Source: Candidatus Thorarchaeota archaeon (GTDB lineage: Archaea; Asgardarchaeota; Thorarchaeia; Thorarchaeales; Thorarchaeaceae). Taken from it: 64,000 nucleotides of DNA. Position 1 is the first letter of the stretch. Each line of letters starts with the position of its first letter. The stretch covers positions 32,001-96,000 of the forward strand of contig JBHLQH010000007.1 of the NCBI GenBank assembly GCA_048884965.1. Direction: 5' to 3'. The position numbers and the translations under genes are program-made. Below the pieces are notes generated by a model that saw only the letters and a program-made list of their open reading frames with translations, searched no databases and was not told the DNA's origin. Below, piece after piece: positions 21,273-31,759 of the stretch.

Positions 21273-22400
21273 TTACACTGTGTAATCGGGTGCCTTTCTT
21301 GTTCCTATGGCTTCTATTATCTTTACCACGTCACTGAGAGAAATTCTGGATTTATCTTCAGATATAGCATTATGCAATGCCTCCTTAAGGACCCTATCCC
21401 TCAGATCGCGACCAGAAAATCCATCAGTGATCGCAACCAAATCTTGGAGTTTGAAATCTATGGGCAAAGGCAGTCTTTTTGTGTAGAGATCGAGTATCTT
21501 CTGGCGTTCATCTGCTGTGGGTAGCAAGAATTGGAATGAAGAGTCAAATCTGCTTCGTATTGCTGCATCAATTAGTAAAAGGGCGTTTGTTGCGCCGATT
21601 ACAACTACACCAGAGCTTTCGTCGGTTCGATCCAATTCAGCTAGAAGTGCAGTGACTACTTCGGAAACATCGCCTCGAATTGATTGAAACGACCGTGCTA
21701 ATCCGATTGCGTCTAGCTCATCTATAAAGACAATAGAAGGCGCAATTTTCCTTGCTTCTTCAAATAATGCACTGATTCGACGTCCCCCATCGCCAACATG
21801 GGTTCCAATCAAATCTGAAGCCTTGGTAGAAATGATTTGTGCATCGGCCTCATGAGCAAGTGCTTTGGCCATCAATGTTTTACCAGTGCCAGGAGGACCA
21901 AAGAATAATACAGCGCGTGGCGCCCATTCCCCAAATTTCGATGGGTCGCCAAGATATTTCAAAATAACCCTGCATTTTCTTTTCACTGATTCGTGCCCAA
22001 TAACATCATCAAGTCCGAGCACGGGACCTGGAATCTCTGAGCTATGTGATGTCGATTGTAGGATAATCTCAGTATTTCGCGTAATTACGGATTCGGGAGG
22101 GTCTATCTCTACGACTTGAAAAGCAAAATCAGGCATAACGTATCTGTCAAAGAGATACATATCTTTACGTATGACACTACCTGCCCATTGCTCTTTAGCA
22201 TAGTCTGCAAAGAGCTCCTCATTGTCAATCTCCAGACCAGCAGGCTTCGGATCTCCTTTAATCCTAAAGGGATATCCTATATCTCGAATTAGAACCGTTC
22301 TTGCCTCGGGAACCTCAATGCTACGTTTCCTCTCAGATTTTTGACTAGTTTCTCGAGAGGTGACAGGTAAGTCCAGTCCCGAGTCCTTACGCTTCTTCAA
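21273..22400 (-). CDS. Archaeal AAA+ ATPase (COG1223-like)
   Basis: YAKEQW N-domain, FGEWAPR, GPPGTGKT, FIDELD, ATN, SGRD. Confidence 0.87.
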   Translation of the reverse strand: MKKRKDSGLDLPVTSRETSQKSERKRSIEVPEARTVLIRDIGYPFRIKGDPKPAGLEIDNEELFADYAKEQWAGSVIRKDMYLFDRYVMPDFAFQVVEIDPPESVITRNTEIILQSTSHSSEIPGPVLGLDDVIGHESVKRKCRVILKYLGDPSKFGEWAPRAVLFFGPPGTGKTLMAKALAHEADAQIISTKASDLIGTHVGDGGRRISALFEEARKIAPSIVFIDELDAIGLARSFQSIRGDVSEVVTALLAELDRTDESSGVVVIGATNALLLIDAAIRSRFDSSFQFLLPTADERQKILDLYTKRLPLPIDFKLQDLVAITDGFSGRDLRDRVLKEALHNAISEDKSRISLSDVVKIIEAIGTRKAPDYTV

Positions 22401-22500
22401 CTGATGTATTTCACCACTTCGACCTTTTCTGAAAACGCTTTAAGACTTATCTTAGAGCAAAGCCTAATTTGGATATCAATGATACCATGTTTTTGGAGAG

Positions 22501-23076
22501 ATGCTAATAGTGAGTGATGTTCTTCGAGTCTTCCTCAGTATCGATATCGATGATAAAACATTGCTTTCTAAAGTAAAGGAGATTCAGTCCAAATTAGACA
22601 GAGATTCTGCAAAAATGAAACTAGTAGAGGAGGAGAATATCCATTTCACATGGAGATTCTTTGGAGATACTCCATCTAGGAAGATAGATTCGATTTATTC
22701 TGAGATGTCTAAATTGGAGCACTCATCATTTGACATACAAATTCAAGGCGTTGGAGCATTTCCAAACATCCGACACCCACGAGTTATTTGGATTGGAGTC
22801 ACTGATAATGAACAGCAAATGCAGCAATTAAAGTCTGAAACCGATCTATTGCTATCTAATGTTGGATACAATATCGAGAAACAGAAATTCACACCTCATG
22901 CTACTATTGCTCGAGTGCGTTTTGTGAAGGATAAGGACAGGTTATTTCGTTGCTTGGAAGCACTTGAACCCGAAAGGATCGGTTCCATGAAAGTAGATAC
23001 AATTCGACTAACAAAGAGTACGTTGACTTCATCTGGACCTATCTACGAAACATTATGGGAAATTCCACTTGAATGA
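22501..23076 (+). CDS. thpR: RNA 2',3'-cyclic phosphodiesterase (2H family, 2'-5' RNA ligase)
   Basis: Two HxT motifs (NIHFT, PHATIAR), GAFP..PRVIW, GPIYE. Confidence 0.92.
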   Translation: MLIVSDVLRVFLSIDIDDKTLLSKVKEIQSKLDRDSAKMKLVEEENIHFTWRFFGDTPSRKIDSIYSEMSKLEHSSFDIQIQGVGAFPNIRHPRVIWIGVTDNEQQMQQLKSETDLLLSNVGYNIEKQKFTPHATIARVRFVKDKDRLFRCLEALEPERIGSMKVDTIRLTKSTLTSSGPIYETLWEIPLE

Positions 23077-23092
23077 AGCATGGTGAAGAAAA

Positions 23093-23201
23093 TGGTGGGC
23101 AAGGGGAGATTTGAACTCCCGATCTCTTGCAGATTGTCACTTGAGGTGTAATGCCTTAAGCAGCCCCAAGCAAGAATCATACCAATCTAGACTACCTGCC
23201 C
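23093..23201 (-). tRNA. tRNA-Pro(GGG) with 32-nt intron at 37/38 (intron 23132-23163); CCA encoded
   Basis: Acceptor GGGCAGG/CTTGCCC, anticodon stem CTTGC/GCAAG, T-arm GGGAG-TTCAAAT-CTCCC; relaxed BHB. Confidence 0.9.
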
Positions 23202-23293
23202 GTGTCGGAGCTTGTACTGATTGTACAGGCAAGAAGTTGCCTGTTATGATTTGAAGATAAACGTTACCACATAACAGCAAAATGAATCCAAAT

Positions 23294-23310
23294 TAGAACA
23301 CGTGTTCCAA
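23294..23310. promoter_or_regulatory. Palindromic site TAGAACACGTGTTCCAA
   Basis: Identical 17-mer also at 57634 and 57890; lies upstream of the deacetylase gene. Confidence 0.6.
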
Positions 23311-23381
23311 ATATAGAGGGTTTATGTGTTCCTTTTTCTGTAGATTCTCCATAGCCTGTCAAATGTTCGGGTACGATAAAG

Positions 23382-24437
23382 ATGAATACAGAGATAATTT
23401 TTCACGAGCTCTTTACGAAGCATGTGCTTTCACCAGGTCATCCGGAAAGTCCTGAACGTCTTGTGGTAGCTCTTAATCAAATTAGAGAAGCAGGGATTAT
23501 TGATGGACAACAAGTAGATATTGTCAGTACTGAACCAGCCGACCTAGATGAAATTGTTCCTTTGCATGATAGGAGCTACATCGAACAGATTCGACAAAAA
23601 TCTGAGAAAGGAGGAGGGTATTTTACCTTGGATACGTCTGTGAACTCCTATACCTATGATGCTGCATTATTTGCTGCAGGTGCGGGGATTACAGCAGTTG
23701 ATCATGTGGTAAAAGGTGAGTCAAAAAATGCCTTTGTCTTATGTAGACCTCCTGGGCATCATGCTGAAAGAGATCGTGCCTTTGGTTTTTGTTTTATTAA
23801 CAATATAGCCGTTGCTGCCCAGCACCTCATTGCAAAATATGGTATTCATAGAATATTGATAGTAGATTATGATGCACATCATGGAAATGGAACGCAGAAT
23901 GCTTTCTATGATCGATCGGACGTATTGTACATCGGATTGCACCAAGATGGTCGAACACTATTTCCAGGTTCTGGTTTCCCAAATGAGATAGGATCAGGGA
24001 CAGGAGTGGGCTATAATATCAATCTCTCGATGTATCCTGGAGCTGGCGATGTTTCATTCACAATGGCATTCGATGATGTTGTCATTCCTGTTGCAGAATC
24101 ATTCAAACCTGAGTTCATCCTTGTATCCTCCGGCTTTGATGCACACTATATTGATCCTTTGACAAATCTGGGGCTAACGACATCTGGTTATGCAATGATG
24201 AATGCTAGACTTCGGGAGATTGCAGAAAGATATGCAAAAGGACATTTGGTTTACTTTCTGGAGGGCGGATATGATTTGGATGTCATGAAAATGACCTCTC
24301 AGAATCTAGTGGAAGAGCTGTCTGGAAATCCGGTCACAAGCTTTGGAGATTCGCACACGGAAAGTAGTATTTGTACTAATTATACGAAAGAGCTGATTAG
24401 TGTATTGAGAGATACTCTAGAAGGCATTCATTTCTGA
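23382..24437 (+). CDS. Zn-dependent histone deacetylase-family protein
   Basis: HPESPERL, RPPGHHA, GFCFINN, DYDAHHGNGTQ, GFDAH..D, LEGGY. Confidence 0.94.
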   Translation: MNTEIIFHELFTKHVLSPGHPESPERLVVALNQIREAGIIDGQQVDIVSTEPADLDEIVPLHDRSYIEQIRQKSEKGGGYFTLDTSVNSYTYDAALFAAGAGITAVDHVVKGESKNAFVLCRPPGHHAERDRAFGFCFINNIAVAAQHLIAKYGIHRILIVDYDAHHGNGTQNAFYDRSDVLYIGLHQDGRTLFPGSGFPNEIGSGTGVGYNINLSMYPGAGDVSFTMAFDDVVIPVAESFKPEFILVSSGFDAHYIDPLTNLGLTTSGYAMMNARLREIAERYAKGHLVYFLEGGYDLDVMKMTSQNLVEELSGNPVTSFGDSHTESSICTNYTKELISVLRDTLEGIHF

Positions 24438-24441
24438 GAAT

Positions 24442-26667
24442 CTAGAAATCCTCTAGAAGTGCCTGAAATGTAGTGGAATTTTCATCCTTTTCGGAGGATA
24501 CTATTTCTTCGGACGCTTCGTGATCTATATCTACACCTACTTGTTGCTTTATTGACTTGGCAATTGTGGTTCCAATTGTTGGTATTCTTGCAAGCTCTAC
24601 AAGAGGAATGTTGTATAAATCAACCAAGTTCCTTACATCATGACTAAATAGCATTCTAGCTCGAACACGTCCAATTCCTCTGAGTGTGACAAGCTCAAGA
24701 AGTTCCTTTCTCACACCGTATTTGACACGAGAACGAAGGTTTTGTAGACTAGGAAGGAACTCAGCAAGATTCAATACTCGTGCAATTTCTGCGGAGGAGT
24801 AGAGTAGCCATTCAGCAGACTGTACATAACGATGAATGTCGCCCATTCCTACATTGAATCTGTCTGTAAGTGTGTTCTCGGTTGCTTCGTTTATCCAATC
24901 AAGTAGTACATTAGTAGTCTTAGCTTCGGATAGGAATCGAGAATATCCTTCAGGGTCTTCCCAGCTATCTGGAATTGGTACAAGAAAATGATCTTCACTT
25001 GAGTCTATGAAAGCCATATTCTCTTCAACCTCACCTTTCGTTACATATGATAATGGCTGATCAATGCTATGGCAAAGCAAGTGAAGGATGCCTATGTCTG
25101 AGATTGAATCAGTGCTCTTCAGAGCATCCCTAAAGAGAATAGCTGTTGAAGGATCAATGTATAGCTTGGAGGCTCTTTGACCTAATGATGTAGCATAGTA
25201 TTGTCCAGTACTATCTGTTTCGATTAGTTCGCCATGTTCTAAAAAGTCAAGAGCAGATGTCACATGATGATCAATTTCCCATCTCTCCGATTGGTATGAG
25301 TAAAATGTTCCATCAATGAGAGAATCTATTTCAGCACGGTTTCTAGTCATTTCGGTTGCAATTGCAGAAAGTAGATGTGATTGTAGGGCTTGTTGTGATG
25401 CGAGCTTGGAAGAAATCGGCTCAGTATCAGATTGTAGGTAATAGTCTAACAAGAACTCCTGCTCTTGTTCAGTCCTAGAGAACAAAACTGCTTCTCCATA
25501 GTGGTCGTACTTGGGACGACCCGCCCTACCAGCCATTTGCTTGTATTCAAGTATAGGAATTGGATAACTACCCCTACCCTGTTCGAACCGACGATAGTCT
25601 CTGATGATTACTCTTCGTGCAGGAAGATTGACACCAGCTGCCAATGTGGGCGTTGCGACTATCACCTTTAGTAGATTCTCTTTGAAGCTGTTCTCAACAA
25701 GTAGTCGCTCCGAATTTGAAAGCCCTGCATGATGAAAAGCAACTCCTTTACTAATCAAATCCGAAAGGGTTTTTGTGGTTGATGGTACAGAAGGACCACT
25801 GTCTAACTTTTTTGAGGTTTCTGAAAGCTTGGCTAGCTCTTCTTTTCCCAGGTATGGACGTATGGATGAGGCAATGTTCTTACATACAGATATCGTAGAA
25901 CGACGAGATGAAACAAAAATCAACACTTGTCCATCTTCTTCCAGAATATCACAGGCTAGGTCAGCCAGCTCCTCCTTTCTCTTTCGTGGTACTCTTCGTT
26001 CAGTAAAGTCCTCAAACTTGATGGAACCATCCAAATAGATTCCCTCTTTGAGTTCAACTGGACGCCAAGTACTACGGACGATGTTTCCATTAAGCCATCC
26101 AGCAATATCATCAGCATTTGATATGGTTGCACTTAGAGCGACAAATTGCACCTCTGGTAGAATCTGCCTTAGCTTTGCAGTAACCATTTCTAGAGTTGGT
26201 CCTCGTGTTTGATCATTCACTAAATGTACTTCATCGATTATTATTATGCCAATATCATGAATCCACTCTGCCTGGTGGCGAATTATCGAATCTGCACGTT
26301 CGGTTGTTAGGACAATAATATCAGCTTTGCTCAAATTTGTACCTTGAGAATCAAAATCTCCCATTGATAATGCTGTTTTGATGCCAAGTGTTTCATATTT
26401 TTTGAACTCATGATATTTCTCTTGAGCCAGAGACCTTAGAGGTACAAGATACAGTGCTTTACCTTTTCCTTCGGATATCGCTTTCAGCATGCATATCTCT
26501 GCAACAAGCGTTTTTCCTGAGCTTGTGGGAATTGCCAATACAAGGTTCTTCCCATTTAGTACATCAGTCATAAGCGCTTCAGCTTGGGGCGGAAAAAGCG
26601 TAGAAATTCCAAATTCCTTTAGTAGAGTAATTATCCTTTGATTCAGGGGGATCTCTTCAATATTCGT
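24442..26667 (-). CDS. hel308: Ski2-like DNA helicase Hel308/Hjm
   Basis: PTSSGKT, DEVH, LSAT, AFHHAGL, QMAGRAGRP, HhH tail; frame is open 32 codons above ATG 26571 and includes Q-motif LFPPQAEA. Confidence 0.93.
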   Translation of the reverse strand, partial: TNIEEIPLNQRIITLLKEFGISTLFPPQAEALMTDVLNGKNLVLAIPTSSGKTLVAEICMLKAISEGKGKALYLVPLRSLAQEKYHEFKKYETLGIKTALSMGDFDSQGTNLSKADIIVLTTERADSIIRHQAEWIHDIGIIIIDEVHLVNDQTRGPTLEMVTAKLRQILPEVQFVALSATISNADDIAGWLNGNIVRSTWRPVELKEGIYLDGSIKFEDFTERRVPRKRKEELADLACDILEEDGQVLIFVSSRRSTISVCKNIASSIRPYLGKEELAKLSETSKKLDSGPSVPSTTKTLSDLISKGVAFHHAGLSNSERLLVENSFKENLLKVIVATPTLAAGVNLPARRVIIRDYRRFEQGRGSYPIPILEYKQMAGRAGRPKYDHYGEAVLFSRTEQEQEFLLDYYLQSDTEPISSKLASQQALQSHLLSAIATEMTRNRAEIDSLIDGTFYSYQSERWEIDHHVTSALDFLEHGELIETDSTGQYYATSLGQRASKLYIDPSTAILFRDALKSTDSISDIGILHLLCHSIDQPLSYVTKGEVEENMAFIDSSEDHFLVPIPDSWEDPEGYSRFLSEAKTTNVLLDWINEATENTLTDRFNVGMGDIHRYVQSAEWLLYSSAEIARVLNLAEFLPSLQNLRSRVKYGVRKELLELVTLRGIGRVRARMLFSHDVRNLVDLYNIPLVELARIPTIGTTIAKSIKQQVGVDIDHEASEEIVSSEKDENSTTFQALLEDF

Positions 26668-26699
26668 TTCTTTTCCGCTCCAAATCGATGATTTCTATG

Positions 26700-28790
26700 C
26701 TAGCTCTGAGCTCTCTTTAGCTTCCCGTGAGTGGGATTGAACAAGATTCCTTCTGCAAGTAGCTTCTTGATTACCTCTTCCGCCCGTTCCCGGGCCAAAC
26801 CCATTGTTTCCGCACGGGTAATCAGTTCTTCTTCACTTACAATTGAAGTGCCTTCAGATTCTATATCCTTCATTGCTTTGAGAATTACATCAGATGAACT
26901 TCGTTGTGAAGAGCTCATTGTTGATACTAGTCGGTCGATGTCAATTTTTCCAGTGACACGATCAAGTGCTACCATACGAAGCGATTCTTCCATTAGTCTG
27001 ATAGCGGCCGTTGCATCTTCTTTCGTTACCTTTGAACGAAGCGCCATTTTTGCTCGTGCTTCAGATAATCGGACTAAGGCCTCAAGTTGACGAGCGGTGA
27101 TTGGAACCGGTGCTGCTCCTCCCTCAGCACTTTTGCGAAGGTTGACATAGAAATTCTCGATTTCTTCTGCGGCTTCTGAGCTTAGCTGAGGAATTACGTA
27201 TCGATTGGCATATCCGATATACTTCTTCAAAAATTCTGGAGTTATCGGTGGTGTTGATGGTTGATGAGGGGTCTTCTGCATCCGATGCATACCAAGAATG
27301 AATTGTGCCAGTTCCCTATCTTTCTCAGCTTCGACAGTATCAACGAGAATCCAAAGAAGGTCAAAACGTGATAGAATTGTGAATGGAAGTCTGATATTAT
27401 CTTGAACTGAAAGCGAATCTTCGTATCGGCCGAGAGTCGGATTTGCCGCTGCCAAGATAGAAGTTCGCGCATTCAATGTGGCTACAATTCCTGCCTTAGC
27501 TATACTGACTGTATGTTGTTCCATCGCCTCATGGATAGCAGTCCTATCGTTGGGATCCATCTTATCGAATTCATCTATGCATGCTATACCTTGATCAGCT
27601 AAAACTAATGCACCTGCTTCAAGAGTCATTGATCCGGTTTCAGAATCGTGCATCACTGCTGCAGTAAGACCTGCTGCTGATGTCCCTTTTCCAGATGTGT
27701 ATATACTTCGAGCGACTAATTTCGATACGAACTTCAAAATCTGGCTTTTCCCGGTACCAGGGTCTCCAATCATTAGAATATTCGATCGTCCTCTCAATCT
27801 TGTGCCATCAGGAAGTGTTTTTCCAACTCCTCCGAATAGAAGTAATGCTATGGATTCTTTGATGTGTTCATGACCTTGAATTGAAGGAGCTATTGATGCG
27901 AAAATGCGTTCGTGGATATACGGGTCTTCGGCCATCTTCCGAATCTCCTTTTCATCCTCTTCGGACAACTCTATCTGGTCGTACTCCTTCTCCCCAATTT
28001 CTACACCATTTGCTTGGATGAAAATGTTGAATGTAGCTAGCTTGCCTCCTCGTCTTGAGAAATCCGGAGATGTCAAGAGGGTTCCTGTTATTTTTACAAG
28101 GTCACCAGGTCTTGAGATGTCTACAATATCGCCTTCAAGGACCACATCAATAGACCGAGGCATCTGCCCAGGAGGAAGTTCTTCAGGGGATTCTTGAATT
28201 CGTACCTTCTGCCAATCTCTGAAAGATGATTTCTCAGGTATTAGCCGCACAGGGGTCTTCTTCCCACATACTGTACATTGATCAGGTTCCATATATCGTC
28301 CATCTTCCTGAGGCTGATATAGCTCCTCGCCACATCTGCGGCATTTGAATGTCGCATCGACCAACAATGGTTTAACCTCGCTGGCGCGCATCATCACTCC
28401 GCTAATTGTGATAATAGTGCCAATGTGTCGAGATCTGATGGCTCTTAATGAAACATAGTTTGGATAGTTGATGATTCTGACTTTTATCAAGCGTTCATCA
28501 ACACTTTCGACATAGTCCGGATCTTCTGTTCGAAGAACTGATCGTAGAACCGTGTCAAGAGTCTGCAAGAATTGCATAGGATTGTCCTTTGCCAACGTAC
28601 TAAACACTACATTATCAAAGGTCATTAAATCTTGGAAATCTACCCTGAGGGAAGTTGCCTCATCGATTGAAAATCGTTGAATTTTTGTCCAATATGATAG
28701 TATACCTTGTTCATCCTTGTAAGTCCGCAGGAACTCCTCGAATCGTTCCTGAGGGCCTCCCTCATAGCCTGACATGGATATCTGCCTCAA
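26700..28790 (-). CDS. mcm: Replicative MCM helicase
   Basis: Zn finger, QESPEELPPGQMPR, GDPGTGKSQ, IDEFDKM, SRFD, TARQLE; no intein. Confidence 0.98.
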   Translation of the reverse strand: MRQISMSGYEGGPQERFEEFLRTYKDEQGILSYWTKIQRFSIDEATSLRVDFQDLMTFDNVVFSTLAKDNPMQFLQTLDTVLRSVLRTEDPDYVESVDERLIKVRIINYPNYVSLRAIRSRHIGTIITISGVMMRASEVKPLLVDATFKCRRCGEELYQPQEDGRYMEPDQCTVCGKKTPVRLIPEKSSFRDWQKVRIQESPEELPPGQMPRSIDVVLEGDIVDISRPGDLVKITGTLLTSPDFSRRGGKLATFNIFIQANGVEIGEKEYDQIELSEEDEKEIRKMAEDPYIHERIFASIAPSIQGHEHIKESIALLLFGGVGKTLPDGTRLRGRSNILMIGDPGTGKSQILKFVSKLVARSIYTSGKGTSAAGLTAAVMHDSETGSMTLEAGALVLADQGIACIDEFDKMDPNDRTAIHEAMEQHTVSIAKAGIVATLNARTSILAAANPTLGRYEDSLSVQDNIRLPFTILSRFDLLWILVDTVEAEKDRELAQFILGMHRMQKTPHQPSTPPITPEFLKKYIGYANRYVIPQLSSEAAEEIENFYVNLRKSAEGGAAPVPITARQLEALVRLSEARAKMALRSKVTKEDATAAIRLMEESLRMVALDRVTGKIDIDRLVSTMSSSQRSSSDVILKAMKDIESEGTSIVSEEELITRAETMGLARERAEEVIKKLLAEGILFNPTHGKLKRAQS

Positions 28791-28879
28791 GACTCGTTCG
28801 GTTTAATATTGCAGTCGGCCGAACATCTACATGTATTTCATTAGTTAATCCTGTCATTGATATTTAAGCTCCTGTATGA

Positions 28880-29449
28880 CTACATGAAGAGAGTATTCTT
28901 CCAATCGGATGCTAAAACACCCAGTTCTTCACAAAGCCAGCGTTCTTCTATTGTCATATCTTTGCGTTTATCTTGATATGCTCCCGATATCGCAACTCGT
29001 AGTATTTTCGATAGCCGCTTCTGGGATATTATTCCTATTAGACGGCGTAATTTTTCGATTTCATCATACTGCTTTGGATCCAGAGATGCTCTTTCACTGC
29101 GTATTTCGATTAGCTTCTTATTGATAGCTGAATACAACAAAGGATGAATAGATTGTAATCCCTTGTGAGGGCTGTCATCTTCTGCCCTATACACGTTCTG
29201 GATATGCTGTATTGATGCATAATCCTCATTCGGATCTATCTCGATGTAGCCGTGATTTACCAAAGTGTCGATCACCCAATTCGGAAGGGCGATTTGTGAA
29301 GGAGGTGAAATTGGACCAATCTTCTTTCCCGCGATTATCATCGCGGGTATTTCTTGGATAACCGAACAAAGCCTTGTGTCGTTTGAGAATTCCATTTGTG
29401 CTCGCTCAATAATATCTCTGATAGTGCTTCTTAGATGAATCATGGTCAC
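28880..29449 (-). CDS. GINS subunit (Gins23-like)
   Basis: N-terminal B-domain (IGP...LP.W....L...G), R..KI.R.A, MT.EE; immediately upstream of mcm. Confidence 0.75.
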   Translation of the reverse strand: MTMIHLRSTIRDIIERAQMEFSNDTRLCSVIQEIPAMIIAGKKIGPISPPSQIALPNWVIDTLVNHGYIEIDPNEDYASIQHIQNVYRAEDDSPHKGLQSIHPLLYSAINKKLIEIRSERASLDPKQYDEIEKLRRLIGIISQKRLSKILRVAISGAYQDKRKDMTIEERWLCEELGVLASDWKNTLFM

Positions 29450-29606
29450 ACAAGTCTATGTGGTTTCGTCTATTGATAAAGACCTTACTATAGACAAAAT
29501 CAATTGAATGCCGTAATTTCAGACAAGCTTTTTAGATTATGTAATGTCCAAACATCAGAAGAGATATCCGGACGTATCTGAGATATGCTGTTGGTGGAAG
29601 AAGTAA

Positions 29607-30563
29607 ATGGAAATCGATCTATGGACAGAAAAACATAGGCCTAGCACTCTCAAAGACATTATTGGGCAAGAAGCTATCATTAGTCGTTTATCGAAGTTTG
29701 TTGAGAACAGAACTTTGCCACATTGTTTGTTTGCAGGACCTCCTGGAACTGCAAAGACTACTGCTGGAATGGCATTAGCAAAAGACCTGTTTGGAAGCTC
29801 TTTTGATAGGAATTTCATGGAGCTTAATGCAAGCGATGAGAGAGGAATAGATGTGGTCAGAAACCAAATCAAGGTGTTTGCTCGTTCTTTGCCTGCTGGA
29901 GATGCACCTTTCAAAATCCTTGTCCTTGATGAAGCAGACCACCTTACAAGCGATGCACAACATGCTCTTCGAAGAACCATGGAATCATATGCATCATCAT
30001 GTAGGATGATTCTTATTTGCAATTATTCAAGTCGCATTATCCCCCCAATCCAATCACGATGTGCCATCTTCAAATTCACTCGTTTGAAAGATGAGAATAT
30101 TGCGAGTAGACTAGATTATGTTGCAGAGAGGGAGGGTGTCAAGCTGAATGCAAAAGGGAAAGATGCGATTCTCTATTTGTCTGATGGCGATATGCGAAGC
30201 GCAATCAATCTATTGCAAGCTGCTGCTTCTACTGGACCGGTAACTGACAAAACCGTATTTGCCATATCTGGCAGAGCGGATCCAGTAAAAATCAAGGGAC
30301 TCTTAGAATCTGCATATAATGGAAAATACGATGATTCTCTTGAACATCTAAGAAATATGATATCACAAGATGGCATTTCTCCAGTTGATCTTGCAAGACA
30401 GATACATAGAGAGCTTCAACAAATGGATATTTCATCTGATTTGAAACGTGCTTCACTTGAACGTACGGCAGAAGCTGAATTCCGAATAGCAGAGGGAGCT
30501 AACGGTGAAGTTCAGCTTTCGGCTCTTCTTGCTTTTATATCGTTTAGGAAAGAAGTACAATGA
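29607..30563 (+). CDS. rfcS: Replication factor C small subunit
   Basis: WTEKHRP, GPPGTAKT, ELNASDERG, LDEAD, QSRC. Confidence 0.97.
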   Translation: MEIDLWTEKHRPSTLKDIIGQEAIISRLSKFVENRTLPHCLFAGPPGTAKTTAGMALAKDLFGSSFDRNFMELNASDERGIDVVRNQIKVFARSLPAGDAPFKILVLDEADHLTSDAQHALRRTMESYASSCRMILICNYSSRIIPPIQSRCAIFKFTRLKDENIASRLDYVAEREGVKLNAKGKDAILYLSDGDMRSAINLLQAAASTGPVTDKTVFAISGRADPVKIKGLLESAYNGKYDDSLEHLRNMISQDGISPVDLARQIHRELQQMDISSDLKRASLERTAEAEFRIAEGANGEVQLSALLAFISFRKEVQ

Positions 30564-31759
30564 AGGAAGGAAGGTTACCTTGGACTGAAAGATATCGTCC
30601 ATCTACCCGGAGTGAATTGGTAGGAAATCCCGAAAGCATTGACTCCTTTCTTGATTGGATTATATCTTGGAAAAAAGGGATACCCAAAAAACGAGCAGCA
30701 TTGCTTGTAGGTCCACCAGGAACAGGGAAGACATCCTCAGTAGGAGCAATAGCTAGAGACCTCGATTATGAGATTGTTGAGTTTAATGCAAGCGATAAGC
30801 GTAACAAGGATAGTATTGAAACATTTGTATCAAGATCTGCCCTTCAGCAAACACTTACTGGCAACCCTCGTATCATTCTGCTTGATGAGGTAGATGGGCT
30901 TTCTGGCACGAGTGACAGAGGAGGGGTTAGTGCCATATTGAAGATAATCGATCAATCGGTCCACCCAATTGTTATGACTGCAAATGATCCCGACCACCCA
31001 CGCTTGAAGGATTTAGTCAAAAGTTGCCTTCTTGTCCAATTTTCTGCTCTGGATAAAGAAACCATAATTCAAGTCCTTTCAAAATTGGCACGAGAGAATT
31101 CAATCACGATATCTGAAGAAACAATTCAGATAATTGCAAGTAAATCAGCAGGGGACCTACGAGCAGCTATATCTGACTTTGAATCGATTGTCGAAGGGAA
31201 TATTTCTAGTGAGGAATTGGGAACTAGAGATGTTAGGACATCTATCGAGCAAACTCTTCGAAGATTGTTTATGACAACTGAGCCATCTGTTGCGAAGATG
31301 ATAATAAATCAGGCAGATATTGACCATGATAGCCTAGTGTTGTGGTTGGAAGAAAATTTACACCTTCATCTAGGTACTCCAACAGAGTTGAATCGGGGTC
31401 TTGATTCTCTGTCTGTTGCGGATTTGTACCTCGGGAGAATTATGCGTCAACAAAACTGGAAGCTCCTTGCTTATGTTTATGACTTTCTCTCGTCTTTTAT
31501 TGCATCAAGTAGGACGAAATCTCCATTTAGGCGTGTTGAATATTCTGAGCCTCTTTGGCCGTTGCTAATCTGGAAAGGTAGAAGAAAAAGAGACAAGAGT
31601 GATGAATTATCATCGCATTTGGCGAAAGTTGCTGGAATATCTAAAGAACGAGTGTTTGATGAATATGTGAGGACTTTAGAACGTCTTGTTGAAGAGGATC
31701 CTAAACAAAAAGAAAGAATAGTTCAATGGCTAGAAATTAAGAAAACATCTTTCCGATAG
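30560..31759 (+). CDS. rfcL: Replication factor C large subunit
   Basis: WTERYRP, GPPGTGKT, EFNASDKR, LDEVDG, GDLRAAI, WLEEN. Confidence 0.95.
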   Translation: MKEGRLPWTERYRPSTRSELVGNPESIDSFLDWIISWKKGIPKKRAALLVGPPGTGKTSSVGAIARDLDYEIVEFNASDKRNKDSIETFVSRSALQQTLTGNPRIILLDEVDGLSGTSDRGGVSAILKIIDQSVHPIVMTANDPDHPRLKDLVKSCLLVQFSALDKETIIQVLSKLARENSITISEETIQIIASKSAGDLRAAISDFESIVEGNISSEELGTRDVRTSIEQTLRRLFMTTEPSVAKMIINQADIDHDSLVLWLEENLHLHLGTPTELNRGLDSLSVADLYLGRIMRQQNWKLLAYVYDFLSSFIASSRTKSPFRRVEYSEPLWPLLIWKGRRKRDKSDELSSHLAKVAGISKERVFDEYVRTLERLVEEDPKQKERIVQWLEIKKTSFR

